Assembly: GCF_030028105.1 (NCBI RefSeq)
Contig: NC_092393.1
Span: 12,962,012 to 13,026,011, forward strand
From: Mobula birostris
Lineage: Eukaryota
DNA length: 64,000 nt
Reading direction: 5' to 3'
Below the pieces are notes generated by a model that saw only the letters and a program-made list of their open reading frames with translations, made no database searches and was not told where the DNA came from. Positions 38,069-51,649 of this stretch are shown piece after piece (position 1 is the stretch's first letter; the number at the start of each line of letters is the position of its first letter). Made by a program: the position numbers and the translations under genes.

Positions 38069-40383
38069 ATAGAACATAAAATAGTACAGCACATTACAGG
38101 CCCTTCAGCCCATAATGTTGTGCCGACCCTCAAATCCTGTCTCCCATATAACCCCCACACCTTAAATTCCTCCATATGCCTGTCTAGTAGTCTCTTAAAC
38201 TTCACTAGGGTATCTGCCTCCACCACTGACTCGGGCAGTGCATTCCACACACCAACTACTCTCTGAGTAAAAAACCTTCCTCTAATATCCCCCTTGAACT
38301 TCCCACCCCTTACCTTAAAGCCATGTCCTCTTGTATTGAGCAGTGGTGTCCTGGGGAAGAGGTGCTGGCTATCTGCTCTACCTTTTCCTCTTAATATCTT
38401 GTACACCTCTATCATGTCTCCTCTCATCCTCCTTCTCTCCAAAGAGTAAAGCCTTAGTTCCCTTAATCTCTGATCATAATGCATACTCTCTAAACCAGGC
38501 AGCATCCTGGTAAATCTCCTCCGTACCCTTTTGAATGCTTCCACATCCTTCCTATAGTGAGGCAACCAGAACTGGACACAGCACTCCAAGTGTGGCCTAA
38601 CCAGAATTTTATAGAGCTGCATCATTACATCGTGGCTCTTAAACTCTATCCATCGACTTATGAAAGCTAACACCCCATAAGCTTTCTTAACTACCCTATC
38701 TTTCAGGGATCTGTGGACATGTACCCCCAGATCCCTCTGCTCCTCCACACTACCAAATATCCTGCCATTTACTTTGTACTCTGCCTTGGAGTTTGTCCTT
38801 CCAAAGTGTACCACCTCACACTTCTCTGGTTTGAACTCCATCTGCCACTTCTCAGCTCACTTCAGCATCCTATCAATGTCTCTCTGCAATCTTCGACAAT
38901 CTTCTACACTATCTACAACACCACCAACCTATGTGTTGTCTGCAAACTTGCCAACCCACCCATCTACCCCCACATCCAGGTCGTTAATAAAAATCATGAA
39001 AAGTAGAGGTCCCAGAACAGATCCTTGTGGGACACCATTAGTCACAACCCTCCAATCTGAATGTACTCCCTCCACCATGCCCCTCTGCCTTCTGCAGGCA
39101 AGCCAATTCTGAATCCACCTGGCCAGACTTCCCTGGATCCCATGCCTTCTGACTTTCTGAATAAGCCTACCGTGTGGAACCTTGTCAAATGCCTTACTAA
39201 AATCCATGTAGATCACATCGACTACACTACCCTCATCTATATGCCTGGTCACCTCCTCAAAGAACTCTATCAGACTTGTTAGACACGATCTGCCCTTCCC
39301 AAAACCATGATGACTGTCTCTGATCAGACCATGATTCTCTAAATGCCCATAGATCCTATCTCTAAGAATCTTTTCCAACAGCTTTCCCACCACAGACGTA
39401 AGGCTCACTGGTCTATAATTACCTGGACTATCCCTACTACTTTCCTTGAACAAGGGGACAACATTCACCTCCCTCCAATCCTCCAGTACCATTCCCGTGG
39501 ACAATGAGGACATAAAGATCCTAGCCAGAGGCTCAGCAATCTCTTCTCTCGCCTCGTGGAGCAGCCTGGGGAATATTCCATCAGGCCCCGGGAACTTATC
39601 CGTCCTAATGTATTTTAACAACTCCAACACCTCCTCTCCCTTAATATCAACATGCTCCAGAACATCAACCTCCTCATATTGTCCCCAACGTCATCAAGTT
39701 CCCTCTCATTGGTGAATACCAAAGAGAAGTATTCATTGAGGACCTTGCTCACTTCCTCAGCCTCCAGGCACATCTTCCCACCTTTATCTCTAATTGGCCC
39801 TACCTTCACTCCTGTCATCCTTTTGTTCTTCACATAATTGAAGAATGCCTTGGGGTTTTCCTTTACCTTACTTGCCAAGGCCTTCTCATGCCCCCTTCTT
39901 GCTCTTCTCAGCCCCTTCTTAAGCTCCTTTCTTGCTTCCCTATATTCTTCAATAGTCCCACCTGATCCATGCTTCCTAAACCTCATGTATGCTGTCTTCT
40001 TCCACCTGACTAGATTTTCCACCTCACTTGTCACCCATGGTTCCTTCACCCTACCATCCTTTATCTTCCTCATCGGGTCAAATTTATCCCTAACATCCTT
40101 CAAGAGATCTCTAAACATCGACCACATGTCCATAGTACATTTCCCTGCAAAAACATCATCCCAATTCACACCCGCAATTTCTAGCCTTATGGTCTCATAA
40201 TTTGCCCTTCCCCAATTAAAAATTTTCCTGTCCTCTCTGATTCTATCCTTTTCCATGATAATGCTAAAGGCCAGGGAGCAGTGGTCACTGTCCCCCAGAT
40301 ACTCACTCACTGAGAGATTTGTGACCTGACCCGGTTCGTTACCTAGTACTAGATCTAGTATAGCATTCCCCCTAGTTGGCCTG
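38069..40383 (-). mobile_element. CR1 LINE, 5'-truncated, young; ORF2 (APE end plus RT) split into three long frames
   Basis: ORFs 39615..40433 (LDLVL..LGDSDH), 38929..39630 ([41 protein letters not shown]) and 37993..38841; CR1 3' tail. Confidence 0.95.
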
Positions 40384-41521
40384 ATTGCAGAAAGATTGCA
40401 GAACAGAAGCAGGCAAATAGAATTGAGATACAATCAGAACAAGTTTAAGACATTGACTAGCTTAACCCCACTTGTATGTTCTGAAGGAGAATTAAAATGT
40501 TTTGAATTCTACCCAGTGATTTTACAATCTCTACTGGGCAATTCCATAGCTGGAGAAGACAACATGAAGCCTTGTCAATTGTTGTCCATTAGGGACTTAT
40601 CAAAAATGTCTTAAAATATTAAAGTGATTCTGAGCTATCATTAATTTGAAATGATTCCCTATTGCTTGACTAAATCGTGCTTGACTAATTTTTTGCTGAA
40701 TCTTTCTGTTTCTGCATAATTCTATTGTATAAAGAGGATGAATTTTAACTGAATGGCAGTATGCTGACCATATGATTTTTTGAGGTTGGCTGGATAATGT
40801 AATGGGAATCCCACATGGTCACTAGTCTATATTGGCAGAATTACAGGGAGAACGTTAGCCCCATAGCACAGGAAAAGAGTGCAGGTTTTGATTAATTGGA
40901 GGCTTTTTCTGTACTTCTGAACTTTTTCTGTAAACATAGACTAGGTAAAAAAAAAACTAAATTTCAACATGCAGTCTACATCCAAACTGTTGTGAGATTC
41001 ATTCTGAAACATTTCAGAATAATAAGGCATTATATGGATACATTCATCATTGTGTAACTAAATCATCACCATCTATGAACAGTAAGCAATGACTTACTGC
41101 AGATTCCAACATTGCATCTGCCTTATCAGATTATTTGAATGGGCTATTTAGAATGCAATGTGAGTTATTTTCATTCAAGATGTTTTTGTAGTTATACAAT
41201 TTGTTACAAGCTCCTCTTTGGCAAAAGGCCATATCTATTTCATTGTACTGTATTTTTAATGATAAGAACATGTAGCTAGAGCTTCTGTCATGCAATACCA
41301 GAGAAATGAGTTCTATCGAAAAGAGATCAGTACTTTGTATACAGATAACCTATAAGTTTACTTTGATTTTTGTCCTCTAGGCTGTCAACCACGCAAAGTG
41401 ACATCACTCATGCAAAATACTTTTGAAACATTGAAGGCCTTAACTAGAGGATTGAAGAGTTAAAGGGGCAGACCGTATCTGGTTCATTGCCAACACCTTG
41501 ATTTGTGAATAGGTGCTCCTT

Positions 41522-41910
41522 TAAGTAAAAACAGAAAATACCCAAAACACTCAGCAGGCCAGAAAGCATCTATGGAAAGAGAAATCAGAGGCATTTTTTA
41601 GGACTGAGTCTGTTTCTCAGAACTGGAGAATAAAAAAAAACAAGTTAATTTTCATTAGTGGAGAAGGTTACGGGAGGGAATATTTCTGATAGGGTGAGAC
41701 CAAATAGATTAATATAGCATTTAGACTCAAAATTATGCTTCCTTGGCTGTGTTACGTGTTGCTTATAAACAGGGCTGCAAGACATACTAATCAGGCCAAG
41801 CAGTACTGATTGTGAGAAAAATAATGTGCCATTTTTTCTCTCTGTCTCTTTGCTGAGTATCCCAAACATTTCTGATTTTAATTGGAATTTCCAGCATTTG
41901 TATTTTTTTT
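41522..41910. mobile_element. Old PLE terminal repeats in inverted arrangement
   Basis: aaaacagaaaatacccaaaacactcagcagg ... ttgctgagtatcccaaacatttctgatttt..tttccagcatttg. Confidence 0.55.
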
Positions 41911-42683
41911 AAATCTTCCTCCTTTAAATAGTTTCCTTGGTGTTTGCCCCCAACAGCTCCTGCCACTATCTCGTTCTAACAACTTATATGCCTATGTTCA
42001 TCTGCCTCCTGACCCAGTTGCTTACTCCTCAGCTCACTGAGCTCACTACACATCTGTCTGACCTTCTTTTATAATCAATTGCATGTCCCTTCCTCAACAT
42101 GTCCAATTCTCCCCTCCCTGATATTTCTGATGCCTGAATTTTCCAATTCTCCAGGCCCTCCTGATGTTTGTTTCCTCCAATCCCAAAGCTCATTATCCAC
42201 TGGCAACTCACTCCTCTCCCTTGCCTTCCTCTCTGCAATGCAAGAAGATCTTTGACTTATATCCTCCACCATCTCTGCCATCAGAGAGCTAAGTGAGTAA
42301 AAGGCTCAGTTTACACAGAGTATGTAGGACCCATTCTATCATGCACAATGCCTTGTACCCGGTGAGTGATAGGCTTCTTCCAGGAGTCATTACAAGTACC
42401 ACATCTGAGAACAGTCACCCAACCAATGCCCAGACAACTGCTATGTAGGCATAAAAGACCACTGACACGTTTTCAAAGATGAGCCCCCTCCTATAATTAT
42501 CCTTCCATCTTTACCACTGTTGAGGTTTGCAGAGCTTAAGGAGCTATTGTTCAGTGGTCGAATTTAATATCAGAGAATGTATATAATACAACCTGAAATC
42601 CTTACTCTTCATAGACATCCACAAAACAGAAGAAAATCCCAAAGAATGAGAGAGAATATTAGACCCCTAAAGCATATTGTATT

Positions 42684-42701
42684 TCTCTCTCTCTCTCCCT
42701 C

Positions 42702-42739
<38 letters not shown>
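42684..42739 (+). repeat. (CT)n microsatellite
   Basis: Directly visible, with two ccc interruptions. Confidence 0.95.
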
Positions 42740-43556
42740 GTTCCAGCATTTCCTGTTTTATATTTAAAATCAATGCTGCTTACTTGTACTAAGGTAATAG
42801 TTGCAGGCTTGGGTAATTAATTAATTGCAGCCTGTATCACATCAATAAATTCATTTTCCAAGTGAATCTTTCAATTGTGAACCTATAGTTAATGCTGTGT
42901 GTTACATACCAAGCACCTTCTGTTCCTCTTCATGTTTCTTGCAAAGTGGTGAGGAGGTTGAGCCTTCAATGGGATCAAGTAGGTGCAGTGTGGTATTCCT
43001 ATAGATATATCAATGGAACCAAATATTGGAAGTGGAATTAAATCAGTAAAATTTAATTTCTTTATTCTGTTCATATTAGTTAAGGTTCCATTGGAAGTTC
43101 TGTGCTACCTTTGAAATGAAATTTATGTCAATGATTTGGTCTATAGACTTCATGTGCAATTCAAAATTATTCATTTCTCCAGCTGCTTGCCAGAAACTTC
43201 AACAGATGCCCACCACATTTTGCCTGATTATTTTCATATGCATTGAAAAACCAGCCAGACAAATCAAAATATCTCCCACTAACTAAAAACAAATAGTGTA
43301 CATGGAAATAAAAATGGAAGAGGTGTAAAACAGGCTGCAGATTTGCTCTGACCAAATTCACACTACCACGTAAAGACAAAACATATCCTTACAAATGTAA
43401 CTTCTCACTGTTAGGAGATTAGAATAGTTCATAGTAAACTCTCATTTAATCGCCTACCACTTATGTTGTACGGTCTAGGATGAAACTGGTATTTGTGTTG
43501 AATACTTTTGTCTTTATCCAACTCTGCTTTCCATTTTGTTTTTTACAATTTTGAGA

Positions 43557-43888
43557 AATAAGTCAAGTCACTTTTTATTGTCATTTCTACCATTACTGCT
43601 GGTACAAAACATAGTAAAAATGAGACAACATTTTCCAGGACTATGGTGCTACATGAAACAATACAAAACTACACTGAACTACGTAAGAAAAAACACAAAA
43701 ACTACACTAGACTGCAGGCTTATCCAGAACTGCATAAAGTACGCAAAACAGTGCAGGCACTACAATAAATAATAATAAATAATAAATGAGACAGTAGGCA
43801 CAGTAGAGGGTATAGTAGGTTGGTGTCAAGCCAGGCTCTGGCTATTGAGGAGTGTGATAGCTTGGGGGAAGAAACTGTTACATAGTCT
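43557..43888 (-). mobile_element. Rex1/Babar-type LINE 3' end
   Basis: aagtcaagtcactttttattgtcattt tail; SFFPQAI coding end on minus strand. Confidence 0.75.
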
Positions 43889-44329
43889 TTCATGATGGGC
43901 AACAAAGACTGTTATTTTCCTGGTTTCTAAAATCTCATATGATATTAAGGAAGGTCACAAACAGATTTACCACATAATCTCAAGCAAACATGCTTCCCAC
44001 CATTTCTATCTTCACATGGTAAGCAGTGAGTGTTGGAACTCATATTCTCTAGTCTGACTGCAATCTATAAAATGGCTAAGGACCGTGAACTGGTTCTTGC
44101 TCTTGTTTGTTCATATTAAGTACGTTAGAGAGGGCTGGGGGGTGGGGTAAGGAGGGTATGCCGTTTAACCTCTGGGCTTTTCCAAGACAACAGTGGACCT
44201 CAGAAATGGGCTGACTTCCAGTTAACTGGTACAGAGACTGAAATGCTTTAGAACTGGCATGTTTCTATTTGGGGTGATAAGGTGTCTTAACAAAGGTAGG
44301 TACGGCAAGATATTTAGGGCCCAGAGACC

Positions 44330-44512
44330 AAAACAGAAAATGCAGGACACACACAATGAGTAAGGAGTATCTTTGAAAAGAGAAGCAAAGAGTTAATGTC
44401 TAGTGTGAAAGGGTCCACATAAAGGCTTTCAACCTGAAACATGAACTATCCACTTCCCTCTGTAGCTGCTGTCTGACCTACTGAGTTCCTCCAGAAGTTT
44501 GTTTTTGTTAGA
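44330..44512. mobile_element. Fold-back PLE terminal element, diverged
   Basis: Minus-strand arm caaaacagaaaatgcaggac.., then plus-strand arm cctgaaacatgaac..gctgctgtctgacctactgagttcctccag. Confidence 0.6.
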
Positions 44513-44954
44513 CCAGAAATAAGTTGTCCATCTTGTCATTCCACAAGTGATTCCTGGTTTTCGTTTTGTTGTTGGCTTCTGCCTCTGGTTCAAGTTGAGG
44601 TGAGGAGTGAATATATAATAATGCACAATGACTGGACAGACTAAATGGACCCAAGAGTCTTCATCTATCTGCCACTGAGTTGACAGGACATATTAAGCCA
44701 TGCTGTTCCTGACCATGCGGAAAGAAGCAGACTTCTGTTTTTCTTTTGAAGTCAACTGCCACTCTTGGCTAAAGACAACTGTCATGGGCAACTTAACACA
44801 ATATGTTATTTTCCACGTTTTCTGCCTGATCTCAAATGAAATTCATGTAATTACTCCAAAACTGTAGTACACTTTTATACTGTAGTGTTATGTGTGTAAC
44901 CTCTTCTGTCACTTGCTATTGTGTATTCTTTATTGAATTATGCAAAGTAACCGT

Positions 44955-45440
44955 TTGATGCATGTCACATGCTACAGAAAAAGATTTGTGGCAGCAATTC
45001 AATATATAAAGAACATGCAGACATGGTCAAGAGGTTCAATTGTTGTTCAGACTAAACATCAGAATGGAGAAGAAATGTGATCTAAGTGACTTTGACTATG
45101 GAATGATTATTGGAGCTAGAGGGAATGGTTTGAGTATCTCAGAAACTGGTCTCCTGGGATTTTCACACACAATTGTCTCTAGACTTTACAGAGCATGGTG
45201 CATTTAACCAAAAACATCCAGTGGACAGCAGTTCTGTAAGTGGAAATGACTTGTAAATGAGAGAGGTCAGAGGAAAATGTCCAAACTGGTTCAAGCGGAC
45301 AGAAAGATGACTGTGGTGTGCAGTGGTGTACAGAAGAGCATCTCTGAATGCACAACACTTTGAACCTTGAAGAGGATGGGCTACAGCAGCAGTGGCCACT
45401 CTATTAGATACAGCAGGTATTAATAAAGTACCTTCATTCA
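44955..45440 (+). mobile_element. Tc1/mariner transposon deletion derivative
   Basis: MEKKCDLSDFDYGMIIGARGNGLSISET..LLGFSHTIVSRLYRAWC (Tc1 paired-like HTH); right-end remnant taataaagt. Confidence 0.85.
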
Positions 45441-45864
45441 CCGGAGGAAGTCTGAAGACATCTTATAATCAATTTAGTGCATATGAAGTATAACCACAAT
45501 AGTAATGTAGGAAATATGAGAGACTTTTCTGCACAGCGTACTCTTGGTGAAAAAGCCTTCATATCACTGGAGATGTTATATATCTCACTCAGTTTATAGA
45601 AAGTGCAGGCTCCTGCAGCTCTTAAGGACAGAGTAGTCTGGAATGCTGTTTATTGTTTGCATGATTCGTGTTTTTCATCTTCTGCACATTGGTTTTGGTC
45701 CTTCTTTTAAAATTGGGTTCATTTGGCTTTATTACTTTGTAGCTACCTATAAGCAAATGAATCTCAAGGTTGTACAATTTATACACACTTTGATAATAAA
45801 TGTACTTCGTATTTTACCTGTATGAAACTGCATTTGGGGTATTGCTGTTCATTTCTAGTCACCT

Positions 45865-46285
45865 CTTGCAGAAGCATGTAGAGGCTTGGAGAAGGTGTGG
45901 AGAAGGTTCAAAGAAGGTTCACGAGGATGCTGCCTAAATTGTAGAGTATCAGATGAGTAGATAGGATAATAATCATAGTCTAGGATGGAAATTCCAAATC
46001 CTAGAAAGCATATCCTTAAGATGAGATGAGGCAGGTTTAAAGGAGATTTACGAAGCAAGTTTTTTTATATGAAGTATGGTAAGTGTCTTGTACACACTGC
46101 TAGTGGAAGTGACAAAAGCAGATACAATATCAATGTTTAACAGGCGTTTAGACAGCCACATGAACAGGCAAGAATTGAATGGATATAGGCCATGTACAGG
46201 CGGATGGAATTAGGTTGGGGGTCATGGTCAGCACAGACATGGTGGATTTAAGAGGTTGTTTCAGTGCTGTACTGTTCTATATTCT
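45865..46285 (+). mobile_element. CR1 LINE 3' fragment, diverged
   Basis: aaggttcacgaggatgctgcct..ggtttaaaggagatttacgaagcaagttttt..gtgctgtactgttctat. Confidence 0.75.
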
Positions 46286-46559
46286 GTATTGTTTTGGACA
46301 AGAAATGACACAGACCTGCAACAGAATGCAAGAGGTCATGTGATCATACTGCGTGAACATAGCCAGCTTTAAGTAACCATCTATGACTCTTGGAATGATG
46401 CAAAACTAAGCTTAACTTGAGAAATCTGCTAATCTTAGGAAGAAAAATTGCTGAGAATTTCTCAAACTGGCAGAAGAATTATTTTCATCCTGTTTTTGTT
46501 CAACCATTTTTCTGCTTCTGCTAAATTTGTCATCTCATCAACCCACCGCAGTCCTGATT

Positions 46560-46855
46560 GGTCTTGCCAGCCTCAATTTCCTCTGTTTGCCCCCACTCTC
46601 TGTCCCCTCGCCCATCTTCTTCTAGTCTATATGTCCCTCTTCATTTTGTCTCCATGCCTGACCCACCTTGTTTCTCTCTCTCCCGCTTGCTCAGTTTCTT
46701 AACCCTTCCTCTTTCCCTTTACAATCCAACTCCTCTGCCCCGTTACCTCTGCTTTTGTACTTCATTTCCCCTCCTTCCCACTCCTACATTTCCCTATTAA
46801 TATCCATCTCGTACTTTCTCCTTTGCCTCTGCTCTCCCTGCCCTTTCTATTTTTA
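46560..46855 (+). repeat. Pyrimidine-rich low-complexity tract
   Basis: Strong C/T bias over ~300 bp. Confidence 0.7.
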
Positions 46856-47169
46856 ACAGTCATTCAGTTAACTTAATGAAGCCATGACTCTGGGAAATCT
46901 GTACAGTAATTAATTCTGTTATTCCTTTTATGTAGAATTGAATGAGAGCTGGGGCAATTTTTCCCTTTCTCTGAATAAGGTCAGACATTTTTATTAAAAA
47001 CAGAGTTCCCAGACAAAGACATTGATCTGCCCCGCCTCACGGCTGGCAAAATTAACCAATTTAAATGATTTACAAAATGAGATTATTTGGGAATCTGACT
47101 CAAAGTATTTTGAGGCTCTTGATGTTGTTTAACTCTATTCTTCCAAAATAGCCAAAACATGAGTGCATT

Positions 47170-48200
47170 AGTGATCGTTCTGGGACAGCACTGATATTTC
47201 TGGGTCACAATGCTGGGGACTCAAGCTTCACTTCAGATGCTTGGGCGTGGATTCAGAACTACGCCAAAGGAATGTTGCATTGCCTTTGCACGAATGTTAA
47301 ACTGAGCCGTTATCTGCCTTCTCTGATTTAGGTAAAGATGCTATTTTGATGTGGCATTTACTCAGACATCCCACCCTGCAAAAACTCATTTCAGGGAGGT
47401 AGCACCATCAATTTGCGGGAGACTTCCGGGAGAGGTGGGATGTCTGCAACAGAGTAGCTCCTTAGCAGCTAACAAGCTGGTTTAAATAACGTTAGCTATT
47501 CTAATGTATGAATGTCACCTGTTAAACTCACCTCAACATGTCTTTTACAGTCTTAACCCACCATGGGCAATAGAAAAGTCACTGTTGCAAACAGTGCAGC
47601 GAGCAACACTGTCATTATTTTGACCCGTATTAGGCAGGGGTACACTTAGTGTAGTCTGGGGTGACGTACGTTTTGTATTTTTTTGGAACACTCTGCCATG
47701 GCGTGTTCTCGCTCTCGCTTGCTTGCTCTCGCATTCTCTCTCTCACTCGCTCGCACGCTCTTGCTTGCTTTCTCTTGTGCGCTCTCGCTTGCTTTCTCTC
47801 TCACGCTCTCTCTTTCGCATGCTTTCTCTCTCGCGCTCTCGCTCTCTCTCTCTCACGCGCGCTCTCTCGTGGTCGCTCTCGCGCTCTCTCTTGCTTTCTC
47901 TCGCTCGCTCTCAAAAGAATTGATTTCCATGATATTATATATAATTTGCGGGCATCAGGGAGCCATTATTCATTCACGGGAGACTCCCGAAACTTCCGGG
48001 AGAGGTAGGATGTCTGCTTACTTTAAGTGGCCTGACCAACATTTACCCTTTAGTTTATACAAATAGAATGAATCTCCTGATTATCATTATGGTTCGTGTT
48101 TGTGAGAGCACACTAGGTACAAATCTATAAATGATTGATATATTGATATGCATTTGTGGAGGTCACCTTAAACTGTGCCTTTTTAAATAAAATGTCACCT
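47170..48200 (+). mobile_element. Deu-core SINE split by a DNA transposon
   Basis: gaatgttaaactgagccgttatctgcc before the insertion, gtggcctgaccaacatttaccct..tgtttgtgagagc after it. Confidence 0.55.
47363..48016. mobile_element. Non-autonomous TIR DNA transposon (hAT-like) with internal (CT/CG) microsatellite
   Basis: TIR cagacatcccacc / ggtaggatgtctg; flanks tttact / cttact; subterminal cgggagac motifs; low-complexity tract 47705-47912. Confidence 0.8.
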
Positions 48201-50534
48201 CAAAATCTGCCTCTTAAACAAAATATCCATGGTTGTGAATATCAGCATTCTACTTATTCTGGATTAACAAAGGCAGCATGTGGCAATTGAAATGGGATTT
48301 GTGAGCATTGTGTGCCAACAGCTAGAAACATTGGGATATTCCAGACATACTTTGTTGGACTTTGCCATTAATGGGGAAAACTATCAAGTTTCTACTTACT
48401 ACCCTGAAATTTCTCACAAGTAAGATCAACCAAAAATAGGCTCGCCTCTTATATAAGGCTCTTTACTAAGATAACTTACGAGCTCTTGAGTAGTCATATT
48501 ATATCATTCAAGGGTTAATAATTGTGATGTATTTCAGATGTATTCATTTACTAGCAAAGTGTATGTATAATAAATTATAAAATTATGTTCAGCATTCATT
48601 ATCATTGTGGCATACACATAAACATGCAAATATACATCTGGGCATCCCTGTCCCACATTAATTTGCAATAACTACTTTCCTATCTCCCTAGATAGACCAG
48701 AAAGAAGCAGTATTTTATATTTCAGGCTGTCGGCTTTTTTCTTAAATATTTCAAAAGGATTCAAAGTACACTTATTATCAAAATATATATGCAATATACA
48801 ACCCTGGGATTCATCTTCCCACAGACAGCCACGAAAACCATGGAACCTGTTCAAAGGAAAACATTAACCTCTCCCCCAACCCCCGCACAAAGAAAATCAC
48901 ACAAGTGGCAACAAAAACATCAAAACTCCCCCCACATCTAAAGAAAAAAGCAAATATTTCAAAAATTACCAGTGCACTGTGATATGTTAGGTAATTCTTA
49001 AACTCACAGAGCAAGATGCCTACAGTAGCCCTGTCTCTGGTGTAAGATGCCAGCTGAGGTCCATCAGTAATTTAAAGAAATGACCAGTAACAAGTTCTCA
49101 AACATGAAATATCAGAAGGTTTGGATGGAGCTTGTTGCAAGGATTACCTCTTAGTAATATTGATCAGTTAGGGACAGAGAGAATCTGTATTTACTGACAA
49201 GTACCTTTATTGTCTCAACTAAAAAGCACGCAAATTTACTCAACCGAATACCTATGAGCTCGCCTACTAAGATTCCCTGACCCTCCATGAATAGTCAAAG
49301 AATAGAAAAGGTAACACCTGAAAAAGTAGTCTACACTGTGATGTGAGGTCACTCTTTTGCTTTCGAAGCCTCTCATTTTTATTCTACTTCCTCACCTGTT
49401 CAAATGTTGTGCCTCAATCTCATTGGCTCAAAGTCACCTGACTGATCTGAGTCACCTTCTTATTGGTTCTGGTCCAGGGCTATAGCCAGTATTGTTCTAT
49501 GACCTTTGCCCTCAGCTCATACCTTCCGTTCTTTTTAACTTTGGCTGGGTGAAACCAGGTGAACCAGACGCTGAGCCTAATGAGATCACAGATTGCTCCT
49601 CCTGCAAGCCTGCCACATTATATAATGAATACTTTCCTGAGAATAGTCTCAAATTTAGCAGGTCATTAGCAGAAAACTTACATCCACATTCCATTGCACA
49701 GGGTAAATCAGTTCAGACAGTTCATAAAATGGCAGCTGTAAGGACAGTCTCACAAAATGGCCACCTCCACTCGGGTTCACTGATTGTCTTTCTTTCAGGC
49801 CAGTAAGCTGATCCCCTTTAAAAACTGTTTTTACAACGGTGCTTCATCTTACGTTTTTGTCCAAATAATCCAATGTTCTATGTAAATATGAATTCTAGGT
49901 AGGCAAATAATTAAATATATTAATAGTTCACCTCACTAAGACTAATAACTAACGAAGAGACAGAGATTTTTCTGAGAGATATTTCTCATTAGCAGGTTAC
50001 TTAGCTCAATAGGAGGGCATTTACTTATTGCAAATACAATTCTAATCCAGAGCTGCTGAGAGAAATTATCAATATCTGCTTACACAGGAGTTTTTGTGTG
50101 GTCATTAAAAACCTAAGAAATCAATTTGGATTGTAAATGATGGATCACCAGGGTGATTTATTGTTGTGAAACAGTGAAGTGTCAACCTGAAACTAGTGCA
50201 GTGGCATAAGCTACCGCCATACTACTGATATTTGTGACACAGCAGCAATTTGTGTTTCTAACATTTTCTGTCATTCATTCTTTGGGGTTTCTTTTTCTCT
50301 CCGTTTCATGGATGTCTACAAAGAGGAAGGATTTCAGGTTATATACTGTATACTTTCTCTGACATTAAATTGAATCATTGAACCATTTGAAAAAAAAGCA
50401 GAAAATATTTTCCATTATCTTCCTGGTCATTTTATTCTCAAGGCCATGTTAAAAACAGGTCAACATGTACACATGTTACAATTACACAAGGTCAAAGTGT
50501 ATTCCAAGCCATGGTATACTTCAAGTCTTTCGGT

Positions 50535-51260
50535 AAATTAGTTTATTATTTTGACATATACCAAGGTACTTGTCTTACAACTATTCATACAGATCAATTC
50601 ATTTTAACATTGCATTGAGGTAGTACCAGAGCAATAAAACAGTGCAGAATAAAATGCCATAGTTACAGAGAAAGTGCACTGCAGTAGACAATAAGGTCCA
50701 AGGTCAGAGCAAGGCAGACTGTCAAGAAACCATTTTATTGCACTAGAGAACTGTTCAATTGTCTTATGACGGTGGGATAGAAGCTGCCTTTGAGTCCGGT
50801 GGTACATGTTTTCTGGCTTTTGTATCTTCTGCCCAATGAGAGGGAGGAGAATTGAGAACAAACGGGATAAGTGGGGTCTCTGATTATGTCGGTTGCGAGA
50901 AGTGTAGACGGACTCCATGGAGCAGAGGCTGATTTCCATGATGTGCTGAGCTGTTTCACAACTGTCTGTAATTTCTTGCATCATATGCAGACTCTTGCAG
51001 TTGCCATTCAAAGCTGTAACGCTTCCAGAGAGCAACACACATCAAAGTTGCTGCTGCCTGGCCTGCTGTGTTCACCAGCAACTTTGATGTGTGTTGCTTG
51101 AATTTCCAGCATCTGCAGAATTCCTGTTGTTCACGCTTCCAGAGAAGATGTTTTCTAGGATGCATTGATAAAAATTGGTAAGGATCAAGGTAGACATGCC
51201 AAATTTCTTTAGTCTCCTGCAGAAGTAGAGGTGAGCTTTCTTGGTCGTAACCAAGAACGA
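50535..51260 (-). mobile_element. Rex1/Babar-type LINE 3' fragment, interrupted by a PLE hairpin insertion
   Basis: KKAHLYFCRRLKKFGMS..LTNFYQC and GRRYKS..LKGSFYPTVIRQLN on minus strand. Confidence 0.85.
51032..51132. mobile_element. 101-bp fold-back PLE insertion
   Basis: Perfect 23-bp inverted repeat 51031-51053 / 51076-51098; 13-bp TSD acgcttccagaga (51019-51031, 51133-51145). Confidence 0.9.
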
Positions 51261-51649
51261 TGATGTGTATTTCTGAATCGTGTAATAATCTGATCTGTAT
51301 GCTCAGAATGCAAGACAAGGGTTTTCACTGTATCTCAGTACGAGAGACAATAATACCTGTAAACCAATTCTAATTCACAATGTACACCAACATACAATAT
51401 ATATCAAATCATAACAGTCATCAGGTCATACTGTACACAGGGATATGTTATGCACCAGATCAGACGGTGAGTCACAGTACATCCCAAACCATAACAGACA
51501 CAAGTCATTGATGTGGAGCTGTGTCAGCATGGCACCTTCAGTATGGGTGACCAGACCTCATCAAGCAACCTTGCTACATTTGAAGGGGTGACCATCAGTA
51601 CACAAGATACATTTCAGTTACTGCGCAGCTACGCATCCACACAGCTTAG

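Noticed and set aside
37993-40433. Three long minus-strand ORFs (282, 233, 272 aa) as host genes
   Set aside because: They are consecutive disrupted pieces of CR1 ORF2; the FADD motif is mutated to FADNT
47661-48066. Leu/Ser/Ala/Arg-rich ORFs
   Set aside because: Translation of a (CT/CG) microsatellite inside a DNA transposon
49790-49810. tttctttcag-GCCA-gtaagc as a 4-nt microexon
   Set aside because: Frame-shifting length, weak donor context and no neighbouring exons identified
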